Virus record (IMG/VR): IMGVR_UViG_3300044614_001923
Reading direction: 5' to 3' (one strand)
Length of the DNA: 64,000 bases
Source of the DNA: a virus
Lineage: Duplodnaviria > Caudoviricetes
Shown: positions 45,901 through 54,759 of the stretch, piece by piece
How positions within the stretch are numbered: the stretch's first letter is position 1
How the letters are laid out: each line of letters starts with the position of its first letter
Notes under the pieces: model-generated
Databases searched by the model: none
Seen by the model: only the letters and a program-made list of their open reading frames with translations
What the model was told of the DNA's origin: nothing
Position numbers and translations under genes: made by a program

Positions 45901-48187
45901 GAACGTTTTCAGCAGCAGTTCCTTCATATCCACTGACTTGAGCATACCCATAACGGAATAGACCTGCTGTGTGAGCAGCGCCAGTAATACAAGTAATTGT
46001 TGCAGTTGCTCTTAATCCTCCCGAATAATTCCAGGAATAAATGTCAAGACTTTCTTGTTCACGAGCAACTCTGAATCGATCATTTGAGATTAGACCATCA
46101 TCAGTTTTTGCATAGAAATAATTATCAGCTGTTAATCCTCCTATAGGAGTTCCAGTGGTTGTATTATATCTAAGTCTTTGATTGTTTGTTAGTTCAGCTC
46201 TAGGTGGATTAGTAATTCGAATTGTAAATGCATTTGGTCCAATTAAAGAAGATGTAAATCTATGATAACCATTAAGAGTTCTAAATGAATCATTTGGATT
46301 CTGAATATTCAGAACTAATTTGTTTCTTAGTCTTGCATCTCTATAATTATAGAGTTCATACCAATTATCTCCAATATCACTCTTAACATTTCTAATCAAA
46401 TAATCTGTGTTATTTGCTAATCCAGATGGAGTTCCACGAGTTCCTGTATTAGTTGTATAGCGAACAGTTTGAGCAGTTCTATAACCTTCTGTGCTAAATC
46501 CTACATCCTGAGGAAGATAGATTGAATGCTGCAGTGGGTGATCAACAACCCGAGATGCCGCAACAAGTCTATCGTCATTCATGTAATAGGTAAGGTAGTA
46601 TCCATAATACCAGTAGTAATACCAATACCAACCCCACCACCAGTACCTATAATATCTTGCTCCAGGTACTCTAATCTGATACTCATTTAAGATGCCAGTA
46701 ACTTTATATGTTCTGTATAGATCAGTCGACCAATTTCCTCTTGTAGTAGTAACACCAATATTTCCAGTATTCCACTTACTAAAGAAGCAAATATTATCAC
46801 CGTATTGCAATCCGTGTGGTTTTGCAAACGTAATGGTTCCTCTTCTATCTACACGGGTGATTCTACCACCATTTGCTTTAATTAAACGGTGAGTTCCAAA
46901 ATCATTAGTTCCTCTAGTTGTTGGAGTTATTGCTGGATCATTAAAATCTCCAGCAACTCTAAACGAAACGAAAGTATATCCAGAACCAACTTGTACATCA
47001 CTGACTTTTAGTGGATGATAACTGGAAATTCCTGGTCCAGGAAAACTGTTTCCTCTGGGCGTATAGAACATAACGACGTCATCATTTTCAACAAGAATAT
47101 TCTTGCCGTTTCCATACTGCTCATCCTTATAGATATAAATTCTTCCAGCATTTGCTTCACCATTAATCTTCCAGTTTGCTCTTGGAACATTCCATTCTTG
47201 ACTTCCAATCCAGTTATCCTCAATATAAGGAAGATTTGCAAGATAAACTGAAGAAATTGGAGTAATTGCAACTCCAGGACCTGGAGATGGAATTGTTGAT
47301 TGGTAATATGTTTCGTTTTGGGTTTCAACGTTTGTAGGACTTTGGAAATTATATTTTTTTGTTGCTCTACTTTTCTTGAGGAAGAGTTTTGTTCCCTCTA
47401 CAATACCAGGAATATTATCTGTTGTAACTCTAAACGTTGACGCAGCGCCAGTGCTTGTCTGAATATCTAGAACTTCAATTGTTGATCCAGTATAGAAAGA
47501 TCCTGGGAAAATAAGAGTAAACTCTGTGTCTAACTGAAGAGTTTTATTGGATCTAAATGGAATCTTAACAGCAAATGTTGTGTCATCAGGAACATCTCTA
47601 ATAATAAAGATACCTTCATACTTTGGATCTTTAAGACCTTGAATGTCTACTACAGAACCAATTTTTAAATTATGAGGTTCTGGGGTCTGTACTACGATAT
47701 AATCGTTACCATCATCTACTTTTACAGTAAGAGCTTCAATATTTTCTTCTGGAATACCTGAAGTATATGAAGTTGGGATATTATTAACTAACTTAACAGT
47801 TTCCCATTTAGTAGTTTGAGTTCCATATTCAAAATCAGTATCAATTAGGGATTGTGGCTCAGATACTCTTAATTTTCCAACAGGATCAAGTAAATGCTTA
47901 GTTGGGATTATTTCAATATCTTCTTTTTCATAATAAATTTGGAATGAATCCGTAGATGCCATTCCAACAGTATTATATGATAAATCAAACGTTGTTTGAT
48001 TTAGTGGAGCATTGTAATTTACTCTGACTGTAGTATCAGGATCTGCAAAGCTGTATACCGCAACGTTTCTGGTTGAGTTTACAATGGATAATAATTTTGG
48101 AAGAGGCACATATCCTTTTGCTGTAATAATACCAACAGAAGGAGTAAAACCAATTATTTGATTACCATAAATTAATTGTCTTGCCAT
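42989..48187 (-). CDS. large virion structural protein (1732 aa) with two Tyr/Trp/Arg-rich inserts
   Basis: cyanomyophage structural-protein-like blocks (SLIDTDFEYG, RQTRKYFRYQAGKG, HPFDG-like HRPFDGAV); late-gene context. Confidence 0.8.
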   Translation of the reverse strand: MARQLIYGNQIIGFTPSVGIITAKGYVPLPKLLSIVNSTRNVAVYSFADPDTTVRVNYNAPLNQTTFDLSYNTVGMASTDSFQIYYEKEDIEIIPTKHLLDPVGKLRVSEPQSLIDTDFEYGTQTTKWETVKLVNNIPTSYTSGIPEENIEALTVKVDDGNDYIVVQTPEPHNLKIGSVVDIQGLKDPKYEGIFIIRDVPDDTTFAVKIPFRSNKTLQLDTEFTLIFPGSFYTGSTIEVLDIQTSTGAASTFRVTTDNIPGIVEGTKLFLKKSRATKKYNFQSPTNVETQNETYYQSTIPSPGPGVAITPISSVYLANLPYIEDNWIGSQEWNVPRANWKINGEANAGRIYIYKDEQYGNGKNILVENDDVVMFYTPRGNSFPGPGISSYHPLKVSDVQVGSGYTFVSFRVAGDFNDPAITPTTRGTNDFGTHRLIKANGGRITRVDRRGTITFAKPHGLQYGDNICFFSKWNTGNIGVTTTRGNWSTDLYRTYKVTGILNEYQIRVPGARYYRYWWWGWYWYYYWYYGYYLTYYMNDDRLVAASRVVDHPLQHSIYLPQDVGFSTEGYRTAQTVRYTTNTGTRGTPSGLANNTDYLIRNVKSDIGDNWYELYNYRDARLRNKLVLNIQNPNDSFRTLNGYHRFTSSLIGPNAFTIRITNPPRAELTNNQRLRYNTTTGTPIGGLTADNYFYAKTDDGLISNDRFRVAREQESLDIYSWNYSGGLRATATITCITGAAHTAGLFRYGYAQVSGYEGTAAENVLIQGIHQIVGISTAYFYYYYYSRRWRRRWRRRYWWYYWRRYKVRRRNPLTYITVAVPTTKNRLNVFNKRVTSASVKICGITSFTSQGGIGTHSITIDTDGAADDTYVVKDVETTSTGYAENAFTLYSTVEVPEVINTMSGGDTTRVGINSNWLRIIDHKLADGTKIRYTSNGSAVIGGLTDNADYFVRTLDSNHIGLSTNQELAINRFNDVDNSDLIVYTSLGSTLTHSFISRSIKGFIQGPGTIGINTESETVTGKNTNFYTDFSAGDTFRIYKNRSGVGTNVGPGTYFESKIVQVKSNTVIKLEDEPSFSNESANYFIPSRLYAVSDSKVIHRPFDGAVQLVAGLVPNSQLIRQTRKYFRYQAGKGIQCSMALNFNPTYDIEKVQIQGEVGVSTNLIVTTKWPHGISTEAPFDDDQKFQILNATYPVELNGEYAIEEVIDDFNIRIGTPTPLKDPKFEGFPVFNVVNWRDAYLKAGMFDDQNGFFFQFDGDILSVVRRSNTQQLAGSFTCEKGEYLIRGSRARLTTQLREFDRIILRGQTYKVIKILDDDLMYVQPAYRSKTLSGVTASKVIDTIVPQSEWNIDRMDGTGISGYQIDTNRIQMLYMDYSWYGAGTIRFGMKTQEGEIKYCHEFIHNNQFTEAYFRSGNLPVRYEVETLDDPFFSPSLYHWGVSVIMDGKFDQDRVYHFSADSKVLPFTNGGIANYNGVVPTGQTSVGSTVVTFINRTEGQTLVVGEEITGSTTGIFEAGTRITAIEIEQATITNRQRDDYRIFMDKEALVTRTTNFAFYAFSGTAETLKEFIPLVSIRLAPSADNSTTGKVGFREIINRMQILLKEANVLTTHDCEVSLIVNAKLSSDEWEEVGSPSLSQYCQHEVGDTYSSGQVVYSFRAQGGASLEGVTLKRGLNGTTVGLDGVATLGNSVLGGDGLYPDGPDVLTLAVKPIDTALIRGSSPFLVSGRITWIETQA

Positions 48188-48234
48188 CGAATCCCCTTAT
48201 GCTTCTCTTTAATTAATCTGTATTATTTAGTAAA

Positions 48235-51200
48235 TCAAATACCAAAGATAATTGAAATTCCGTTGACAAAATTTCTAATACTTTGATTTCTAATATAAAG
48301 ATTTGTTTGCATGGTTGCAATACCAGTCACAGCAAGATGCTCTGTAGTTAAAACACCATCAACATCTATATTTTTTAAGAATCTAATGTCTTCAGCGAAA
48401 GTTGAGTATCCAACAATTCTATCAACATAGATATCCGAGAAAGTTGCAACACCAACTACAGAAAAGTCTCCGCCAATATTAACTGATTTTTCAATTCCAA
48501 CACCACCTTTGATAACAATAGATCCTGAAGAAATTCCACTGGATTCTGTTGTATTTGCAAATGTTGTTATTCCATTTATTAAAGTTCTTCCTTGAACATA
48601 TAAAGCAGTGCCACTAATTGCTACAGTTGTACCAATACCAACACTAGATGTTGTAACAAGACCTACTCCACTAATGTCTCTCTTCCAAACGTCGGATACG
48701 TTGAATAGTCCCGATCCATCTCCAGTGAAAGTACCAGACCAAATACCAACAAAAGTATTTCCAACCTTAATAGCACCAAATTGTTCCCACTCGTTATCTG
48801 TAGTGTAAACCCATCCTAAATGACCTCCACTTTGGGGATTTGAATTAAATACAACATCGCCAGGAGAACCAATGTCACTAGGAGCAGAAACTCCAACTGT
48901 ATATTTCTTAGATGTTAGTTGATTTCCCTGTAAGTATAGTGATACCGCTTCAATTCCCTTATCTGATGTTGAAGTTAGTCTGTTAGAGAATACTACTGGT
49001 CCATCAAATCTTGATATAATGTTTCCGTCTGGTCCACCTTCAACTTTGACTGATCTACTAATTGTAACTTCTAATGGAGATAATACATCAAAACCAATAT
49101 TAATTCCTTGAATATCTAAATCTTCACCAGTTACAGTAGGAACAGGTGCATTAAACACTTCTTCCTGACCAGTTGCTGAGTTAATCTTTTTATTTCCGAT
49201 GAAGAAAGAACCTTCTCCATTCATTGCTGTATAAACAGCAACGCCACCATCCATTTTTAAAGAAGTTGCAGCAATCTCTTCTGGTCCAGATAGTTTTCTA
49301 TCTTGACGATCTGGAAGAGAAGTTGAATAGTTTCCTGGTCCAAATCCCAGATATTCAAATGTATGCCCAGATGCCCTGATGATTGAATTCCTACGTAGTT
49401 CAATTGGAACTGGATTTATTTTGAATACTTTTGATCCGATTAAATGTCCACTCTTAAATGTTCCAAGAACACCTCTAAACACTGGAATTTCATTCTGAGT
49501 AACATTCTCTCTAATTCTAACAATTTCATCATCAATTGCTAGATAATCTCCAATTTTTAGACCCAGATTAACTGCGTTAAAAATTACAATGTTATCAATG
49601 TCTGGACCTGTAACTTCTCCATAAAGTGTTGTAGTAATTCCAGCATAATATGGAACCATTCTGCCAGAAATATTTTCATTTTTATTAGTTACTGATCCTG
49701 CATTTGAGGTTAATGCTTCTCTATATGCGTATATTGTTCCTGTTGGAATAGTAGTTGTTTGTACACCAACATTCAATTCAAATTGAGTTTTACTAATAAC
49801 TTTTTTAACAATAAAATCATCATTGTAAGATGATATAGAAGCACCACCTATTTTAACTTTATTATTGATAGCGAAACCATGCGAACCACTTGAAGTGAAT
49901 GTTGCAATTCCAGTATTAACATTATATCTGATCGATGTTATTCCTACAGATGGAGAACCTAGAAGTGCATATGCATTTAGTGTTGCAGTAACACCAATAC
50001 CTGTTCCAGGATTTGCAATTTCAACAAAATGAGCTGACTCTACATCAATTGAAGTACTTGCTCCAATTGATATATTTGTGATTCTATATACGGTATTATA
50101 TTGATCCAGTGTGTCAGGAATAATACCTTGAACACTTAAAACATCTCCAACATTATTGTAAATTGATGTTACACTGACGATACCGATAGTATGTCCAGTT
50201 GTTGTTGCAATTCCAACTACTGCAAGTGTATTTCCAACTCCATAAGCACTTCCTCCATCAATAATATTAACATCTAGAAGTCCTCCACTTACGCTATCGA
50301 TTCTTACAATTGCAGTAGCATCACTACCAACAACGGTTGTACCCAATCCAACAAGTCTAGCATTATAAAATACCTCACTTACTCCAATACCTGTACCATA
50401 ATTTAATCCAGAGTTTGCAATGGATACTTTTGTAATTGCATTTAATCCATGATCATGTTTTGTGGTGATTGTATGATTGTATCCTCCAACACTAGAAGCA
50501 ATATTCTGAATGTCAATTCCATTTTTAGAATCAATAAAATTCTTATTAATTGTTTCTTTAGTAACGCTTCTCTGAGGATCATTTAATACTACCTGACCAA
50601 TTGTAGATCGAGAAGCAAATGATCTAGATGGAAGAGGATCTGAATCAAAATTATCTCGGTTTATTTGTGGATAAAGATTTTCAATAGGTTGACCAAACTT
50701 ATATACATCAAAAGGAGATATATTTGGAGAATTTGATGCATTAGTTACTACAAGGTGATAAACACCATCCCTTTCTCCAGGTATATAACTTTGTATCTCT
50801 TGAACTCTATATACGACATAAGTCTCTTTATACTTTGTTCTTGTTAGATATGGAAGAGCAGTTGTTCTTGTTGATATATCATTCTGGAAGATTCCAGGAT
50901 TGGTTGTTAATGCAACTGTAAATCTTCTTCTAGTAGAAACACTCAGTACAGTAAATTCTCCATTAAATCCAAGATCATCTGTTGCGCTTAGATTTTCAAT
51001 ACTTGAAATATTTTTTAAGCGAACAGTGTTACCTGCTGTCAATTTATGAGGAAGTTCTGTAGTAATTGTTGCAACTCCAGAATTCCAGGTAGCGTTAGAA
51101 ATGAATCTAAAATTCCTTAATTCGTAAGTTGAATTTAATTCTTGATTATCAGTACTCAGATACTTAAGAATTTCTTCATCTGTTTCTGCTGTAGTGGTGC

Positions 51201-53619
51201 TGGATTCTTGAATAACATAACCATCAAGTGGTGGTCTTGCTAGTAAGAAACCTCTTGGAATTACATATCTTAAACGATAAATTGAATCAGAGAATGATCT
51301 AGTATCAGGTGTACGAGTAATATAAGTTCTTGCAGTAGCTTTATATGTAAGATCAGATATTGCATCTGTTATTGTATCAGTTGTTTGTGATATTTGAATG
51401 TACCATTGATTATTTGAAGAATCATATTGAATTGGATGTCCAATATCACCAGATTTTTTATCAGATACTCTACTGATTAACTTTAACTCAGATGTTTCGT
51501 TACTGTATATTTGCGTTTCTTGTCCAATAGTTGCTTCATTCAATGATTTAGCAAGTTTTATCTGTGTTGATCCAATTCCAGTTGCAACATCATTTGTAAT
51601 TACATAATACAAATTATTATTTGTCAGACCATCTGGAAGATGTCCAGTATCGGACATTATCCTGACGGTCTCTCCATTTTCAAAATCATGTGGTGCTTTA
51701 AATGTGATAATATTATTTGTTATTGAATTAGATACTCCATTGATTTTTTTAGAAACAATAGAAACTTTCTCTGAAGTATTTTCATTACTTCCGCCACTCA
51801 TTATAACTTTTGAGGAGTATAATTGAGATAAACCAGACTTAGTAATATTAATATTGATTAATTCATTTCTCTTTGCTCCAATTCTATATCCATCAGAAAT
51901 ATAATCTGGGATAATATCTTGGTTTAATTGATTATAAAGATATAATCTACCTGGAGTAGTTGCTGCATTAGTATTTTCTATATCAATTTGATAGAATTCA
52001 ACTGAGGTCTCTCTTTCCTCATTTTCTCTTGGTGGAATTACGTGAGTAATATATCCATAATCATCTCTTCTAAATGCAAGAGGTCTAAATCCTTTGGATA
52101 CAAGAGAAACAGCACCAAAGTTAGAGTTGGAGTTTGTGATTGAAAGATCACCACCAGATTCCGCAACAAAGTGATTTGCATATCCAATTGCAAATACTGA
52201 TACAATTTGGATAAAAGCATTATTTGATGCTTTGATATGGAAATTTTCTGATTCTGGTTTATATCTTGCTCTTGAATTAGAATACAAGTTAGAAACAGAA
52301 GTATTATCTAAATATGATCCTGTTTCATCATCATAAAGAACAAATGCATTATCATCTTTTTGCAGACCAATTCCAGTGAATTGGGCGACTACCATACTTT
52401 TGAATCCACTTGCCTTGCTTCCATCAGCATGTAATCCGCACATGCCAAATACTGAACGGAGTGAAATATTAAAGATGTATGGAGATGCTGAGGTCACAGT
52501 ATCACTAACAAGAACTAGAGATGCATTTGCAGTTGCATCTGCAGTTGGAGCAGCAATAAGTGGAGGATTCTGTACTTGATAACGAATTACCGATGAACTA
52601 ACAACTTCACTTATAACAAATTGTCCATTATAACCACCAGAATCAACATTTTGAATTTGAATAGGCGTATCTACATCTAGACCTGAAAGTGGTTCTTGTA
52701 ATTCTACAGTAATTGTTGTGCTAGAATCAATTGCATTTCCTGCATAAATTGAAGATATTAATGTCTCTTCTCCAGTTGATCCAACAATTCTAAATTCATC
52801 AACTTTAGTTTGAACATCAATACTTGTTGATGGATAATCTGGAAATATATTTCTTCCACTTGACTCGCCATATGCCAAACCAATTTTTTCATAATACATG
52901 TCAAGATCTGTTCTACCAGCATTAAAATTGCTGATAAAGTCATCATTGATTTTGACATTATTAACACCATCAGCGTACTCAAATACGGTTAATTTGTGGT
53001 GAGAAAAATTTGGAACAAATAGATTAGTTGTATAGTCTTTATAAATGTTTCCATTTGGAGCACCATCAAGAATAGTGAATTGCCAAATATAGGAAGAACC
53101 AGTTAATCTAAAAATTGCAGATCTCTCGATTTCATTATTTTGAGGATCTGGAACGTATTTTGGTCTAATTCTAGTTTTTCTGAGGTCTAATCCAACAATA
53201 GATGTTCCTCTTGGAATAATTACTCCACCATGAACACTATTAAACTTGTATAATTGATTATCTTCAGAGTTTAAATTAAAATCAGAAGTTCCACTAAATG
53301 GTGGGAAATTACTTGAGGTATCACTATTTCTAAGTAAGAAATTGTTTGTACCATTAGGTATCCATCCAGGTCTATTATCTACAATGTGATCACCTGGATA
53401 TAGGAGAATTGTTGTCTTACCAAACCTATCATTATCCAGACCTCTTTGATAAGAAAATCTAGCTGCTTCAATTAATGCCCTTTGAATTGTTTTGAAAGGA
53501 CGAGCAAGAGAATTGCCTTGATTTTCTACACTATCTGTAGAATCTAGACTTGATGGGTCAACATATAATATTTCCCCTTTGATGTTCTTGAGAAAATTAT
53601 CTAAGCGGCTTAGACCCAT
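48235..53619 (-). CDS. large virion structural protein (1794 aa)
   Basis: MGLSRLDNFLKN...ARPFKTIQRALIEAARFS; SIIRASGHTFEYLGFGPGNYS; late promoter upstream. Confidence 0.85.
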   Translation of the reverse strand: MGLSRLDNFLKNIKGEILYVDPSSLDSTDSVENQGNSLARPFKTIQRALIEAARFSYQRGLDNDRFGKTTILLYPGDHIVDNRPGWIPNGTNNFLLRNSDTSSNFPPFSGTSDFNLNSEDNQLYKFNSVHGGVIIPRGTSIVGLDLRKTRIRPKYVPDPQNNEIERSAIFRLTGSSYIWQFTILDGAPNGNIYKDYTTNLFVPNFSHHKLTVFEYADGVNNVKINDDFISNFNAGRTDLDMYYEKIGLAYGESSGRNIFPDYPSTSIDVQTKVDEFRIVGSTGEETLISSIYAGNAIDSSTTITVELQEPLSGLDVDTPIQIQNVDSGGYNGQFVISEVVSSSVIRYQVQNPPLIAAPTADATANASLVLVSDTVTSASPYIFNISLRSVFGMCGLHADGSKASGFKSMVVAQFTGIGLQKDDNAFVLYDDETGSYLDNTSVSNLYSNSRARYKPESENFHIKASNNAFIQIVSVFAIGYANHFVAESGGDLSITNSNSNFGAVSLVSKGFRPLAFRRDDYGYITHVIPPRENEERETSVEFYQIDIENTNAATTPGRLYLYNQLNQDIIPDYISDGYRIGAKRNELININITKSGLSQLYSSKVIMSGGSNENTSEKVSIVSKKINGVSNSITNNIITFKAPHDFENGETVRIMSDTGHLPDGLTNNNLYYVITNDVATGIGSTQIKLAKSLNEATIGQETQIYSNETSELKLISRVSDKKSGDIGHPIQYDSSNNQWYIQISQTTDTITDAISDLTYKATARTYITRTPDTRSFSDSIYRLRYVIPRGFLLARPPLDGYVIQESSTTTAETDEEILKYLSTDNQELNSTYELRNFRFISNATWNSGVATITTELPHKLTAGNTVRLKNISSIENLSATDDLGFNGEFTVLSVSTRRRFTVALTTNPGIFQNDISTRTTALPYLTRTKYKETYVVYRVQEIQSYIPGERDGVYHLVVTNASNSPNISPFDVYKFGQPIENLYPQINRDNFDSDPLPSRSFASRSTIGQVVLNDPQRSVTKETINKNFIDSKNGIDIQNIASSVGGYNHTITTKHDHGLNAITKVSIANSGLNYGTGIGVSEVFYNARLVGLGTTVVGSDATAIVRIDSVSGGLLDVNIIDGGSAYGVGNTLAVVGIATTTGHTIGIVSVTSIYNNVGDVLSVQGIIPDTLDQYNTVYRITNISIGASTSIDVESAHFVEIANPGTGIGVTATLNAYALLGSPSVGITSIRYNVNTGIATFTSSGSHGFAINNKVKIGGASISSYNDDFIVKKVISKTQFELNVGVQTTTIPTGTIYAYREALTSNAGSVTNKNENISGRMVPYYAGITTTLYGEVTGPDIDNIVIFNAVNLGLKIGDYLAIDDEIVRIRENVTQNEIPVFRGVLGTFKSGHLIGSKVFKINPVPIELRRNSIIRASGHTFEYLGFGPGNYSTSLPDRQDRKLSGPEEIAATSLKMDGGVAVYTAMNGEGSFFIGNKKINSATGQEEVFNAPVPTVTGEDLDIQGINIGFDVLSPLEVTISRSVKVEGGPDGNIISRFDGPVVFSNRLTSTSDKGIEAVSLYLQGNQLTSKKYTVGVSAPSDIGSPGDVVFNSNPQSGGHLGWVYTTDNEWEQFGAIKVGNTFVGIWSGTFTGDGSGLFNVSDVWKRDISGVGLVTTSSVGIGTTVAISGTALYVQGRTLINGITTFANTTESSGISSGSIVIKGGVGIEKSVNIGGDFSVVGVATFSDIYVDRIVGYSTFAEDIRFLKNIDVDGVLTTEHLAVTGIATMQTNLYIRNQSIRNFVNGISIIFGI

Positions 53620-53648
53620 TGTATTAACGCTATATGTTCTGTTATGTT

Positions 53649-53656
53649 TATTTATT
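53649..53656 (-). promoter_or_regulatory. late promoter AATAAATA
   Basis: 30 nt upstream of the structural-gene ATG. Confidence 0.65.
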
Positions 53657-53659
53657 CAC

Positions 53660-53686
53660 AACAAAACCCCCGATTACTCGGAGGTT
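53660..53686 (-). terminator. intrinsic terminator AACCTCCGA-GTAA-TCGGGGGTT-TTGT
   Basis: 9-bp stem (one G-U pair) with tetraloop, then a U-rich tract. Confidence 0.75.
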
Positions 53687-53728
53687 CATGAAGTCACACG
53701 GAAGGGTCTGGTTTTTTGTATCGCTACT
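53660..53728 (-). ncRNA. candidate ~65-70 nt small RNA
   Basis: no ORF between a perfect sigma70 promoter and an intrinsic terminator. Confidence 0.45.
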
Positions 53729-53733
53729 TATAT

Positions 53734-53762
53734 ATTATAAGATATTTAATTATTTTTGTCAA
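53734..53762 (-). promoter_or_regulatory. perfect sigma70 promoter TTGACA-N17-TATAAT
   Basis: exact consensus hexamers and spacer. Confidence 0.85.
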
Positions 53763-53925
53763 GTTTACTACTTAGAAGGTATTCGACAGTATTTGCAACG
53801 TCATTCATTGCGAGTCTTAAATCTGGTCTTTGACCAGATTCTTGTTTAACTATGGGTCTTGAGTCCTCAGTTAGAGTCCACCTCCACTGCCCCATGTCTT
53901 TACAATACCACAAATTAATTTTCAT
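53746..53925 (-). CDS. conserved small cyanophage protein (MKINLWYCKDMGQWRWTL..., 59 aa)
   Basis: read manually; below the ORF-track cutoff. Confidence 0.65.
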   Translation of the reverse strand: MKINLWYCKDMGQWRWTLTEDSRPIVKQESGQRPDLRLAMNDVANTVEYLLSSKLDKNN

Positions 53926-53945
53926 TTACTTCTAATGTTAATGTA

Positions 53946-54027
53946 TGTCGATGAAAGGACTTGAACCTTCAAGGATTGCTCCACTGGAACCTAAACCCAG
54001 CGCGTATACCAATTCCGCCACATCGAC
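53946..54027 (-). tRNA. trnL: tRNA-Leu(TAG)
   Basis: acceptor GTCGATG/CATCGAC, GGAATTGGT D-loop, CTGGG-TTTAGGT-TCCAG, long variable arm, GTTCAAGTC; no encoded CCA. Confidence 0.92.
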
Positions 54028-54031
54028 AGAG

Positions 54032-54103
54032 AGCCCCCGACTGGATTTGAACCAGCGACCAACGGTTTACAAAACCGTTGCTCTACCACTGAGCTACAAG
54101 GGC
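54032..54103 (-). tRNA. trnT: tRNA-Thr(TGT)
   Basis: GCCCTTG acceptor, AGCTCAGTGGTAGAGC, ACGGT-TTTGTAA-ACCGT, GTTCAAATC; no encoded CCA. Confidence 0.93.
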
Positions 54104-54104
54104 A

Positions 54105-54383
54105 CTAATCACAAGGAAGACATTCTGGATTTTCCAGATCCAATTCGAAAAAACATGGATGACATTCTTCCATAATAAGATAACCAGAAGATTTATATAA
54201 CCTTTCAGCATCATAAATTAAATTATGATTCGCCATAGATATGATCTCTGGATCATCTGTTGCAATTTCGGGAAGTTCATCAAAAGTAAAAGGTACTTCA
54301 TTAATAAAGTACATTTTTACAATCATTATGAGGTCTTCATCAAATTTGTACCAACAGTATCTATGAGTTATTTTATGCTTCAT
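54105..54383 (-). CDS. conserved hypothetical cyanophage protein (MYFINEVPFTFDEL)
   Basis: ORF track. Confidence 0.7.
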   Translation of the reverse strand: MKHKITHRYCWYKFDEDLIMIVKMYFINEVPFTFDELPEIATDDPEIISMANHNLIYDAERLYKSSGYLIMEECHPCFFELDLENPECLPCD

Positions 54384-54522
54384 AGTTACAATTCCTTCTA
54401 TTATATGTAGAAGGTTGGGATAGTGAGTTAAAACTCACACTTTAAAAAAGTAATAAGGGCAAAAATTTGAGGAATTTTTTTTCGCCCTAAAATGGAATTA
54501 AAAGTTGATTTTCTCTGAGAAA

Positions 54523-54705
54523 TTAAAAAGGATTTGAATAAACTAGATTATCTTCATGTACCTGATTACGAACAACCTCAAGAACATTCATAAACTGATC
54601 TACAGTTTGGCAGGTCACTTGCTTTTCTGAACCTTCACTGGAGTACAGATACACTGTACGCTTGATAGGGTCTACCACGCAACGTGAGAGGTACTCGTCT
54701 TGCAT
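54523..54705 (-). CDS. conserved hypothetical cyanophage protein (LSRCVVDPIKRTVYLYS)
   Basis: ORF track; sigma70 promoter upstream. Confidence 0.75.
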   Translation of the reverse strand: MQDEYLSRCVVDPIKRTVYLYSSEGSEKQVTCQTVDQFMNVLEVVRNQVHEDNLVYSNPF

Positions 54706-54730
54706 TTGGTCATCCGTTGATTACCTTAGT

Positions 54731-54759
54731 AATATAGCAGGTCCTATGGTCCGTGTCAA
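54731..54759 (-). promoter_or_regulatory. sigma70-like promoter TTGACA-N17-TATATT
   Basis: near-consensus; overlaps the stop of 54756..55688. Confidence 0.7.

Noticed and set aside
42989-53619. Inteins or introns in the very large structural genes
   Set aside because: No C/S...HN-C/S/T splice junctions, LAGLIDADG/HNH motifs or frame interruptions were seen.
54414-54490. Palindrome GTGAGT-TAAA-ACTCAC and an A/T-rich hairpin upstream of the tRNA unit as a further early element or ncRNA
   Set aside because: The half-site sequence and spacer do not match the 7-N8-7 motif. It could be a promoter operator or terminator, but support is too weak to call.
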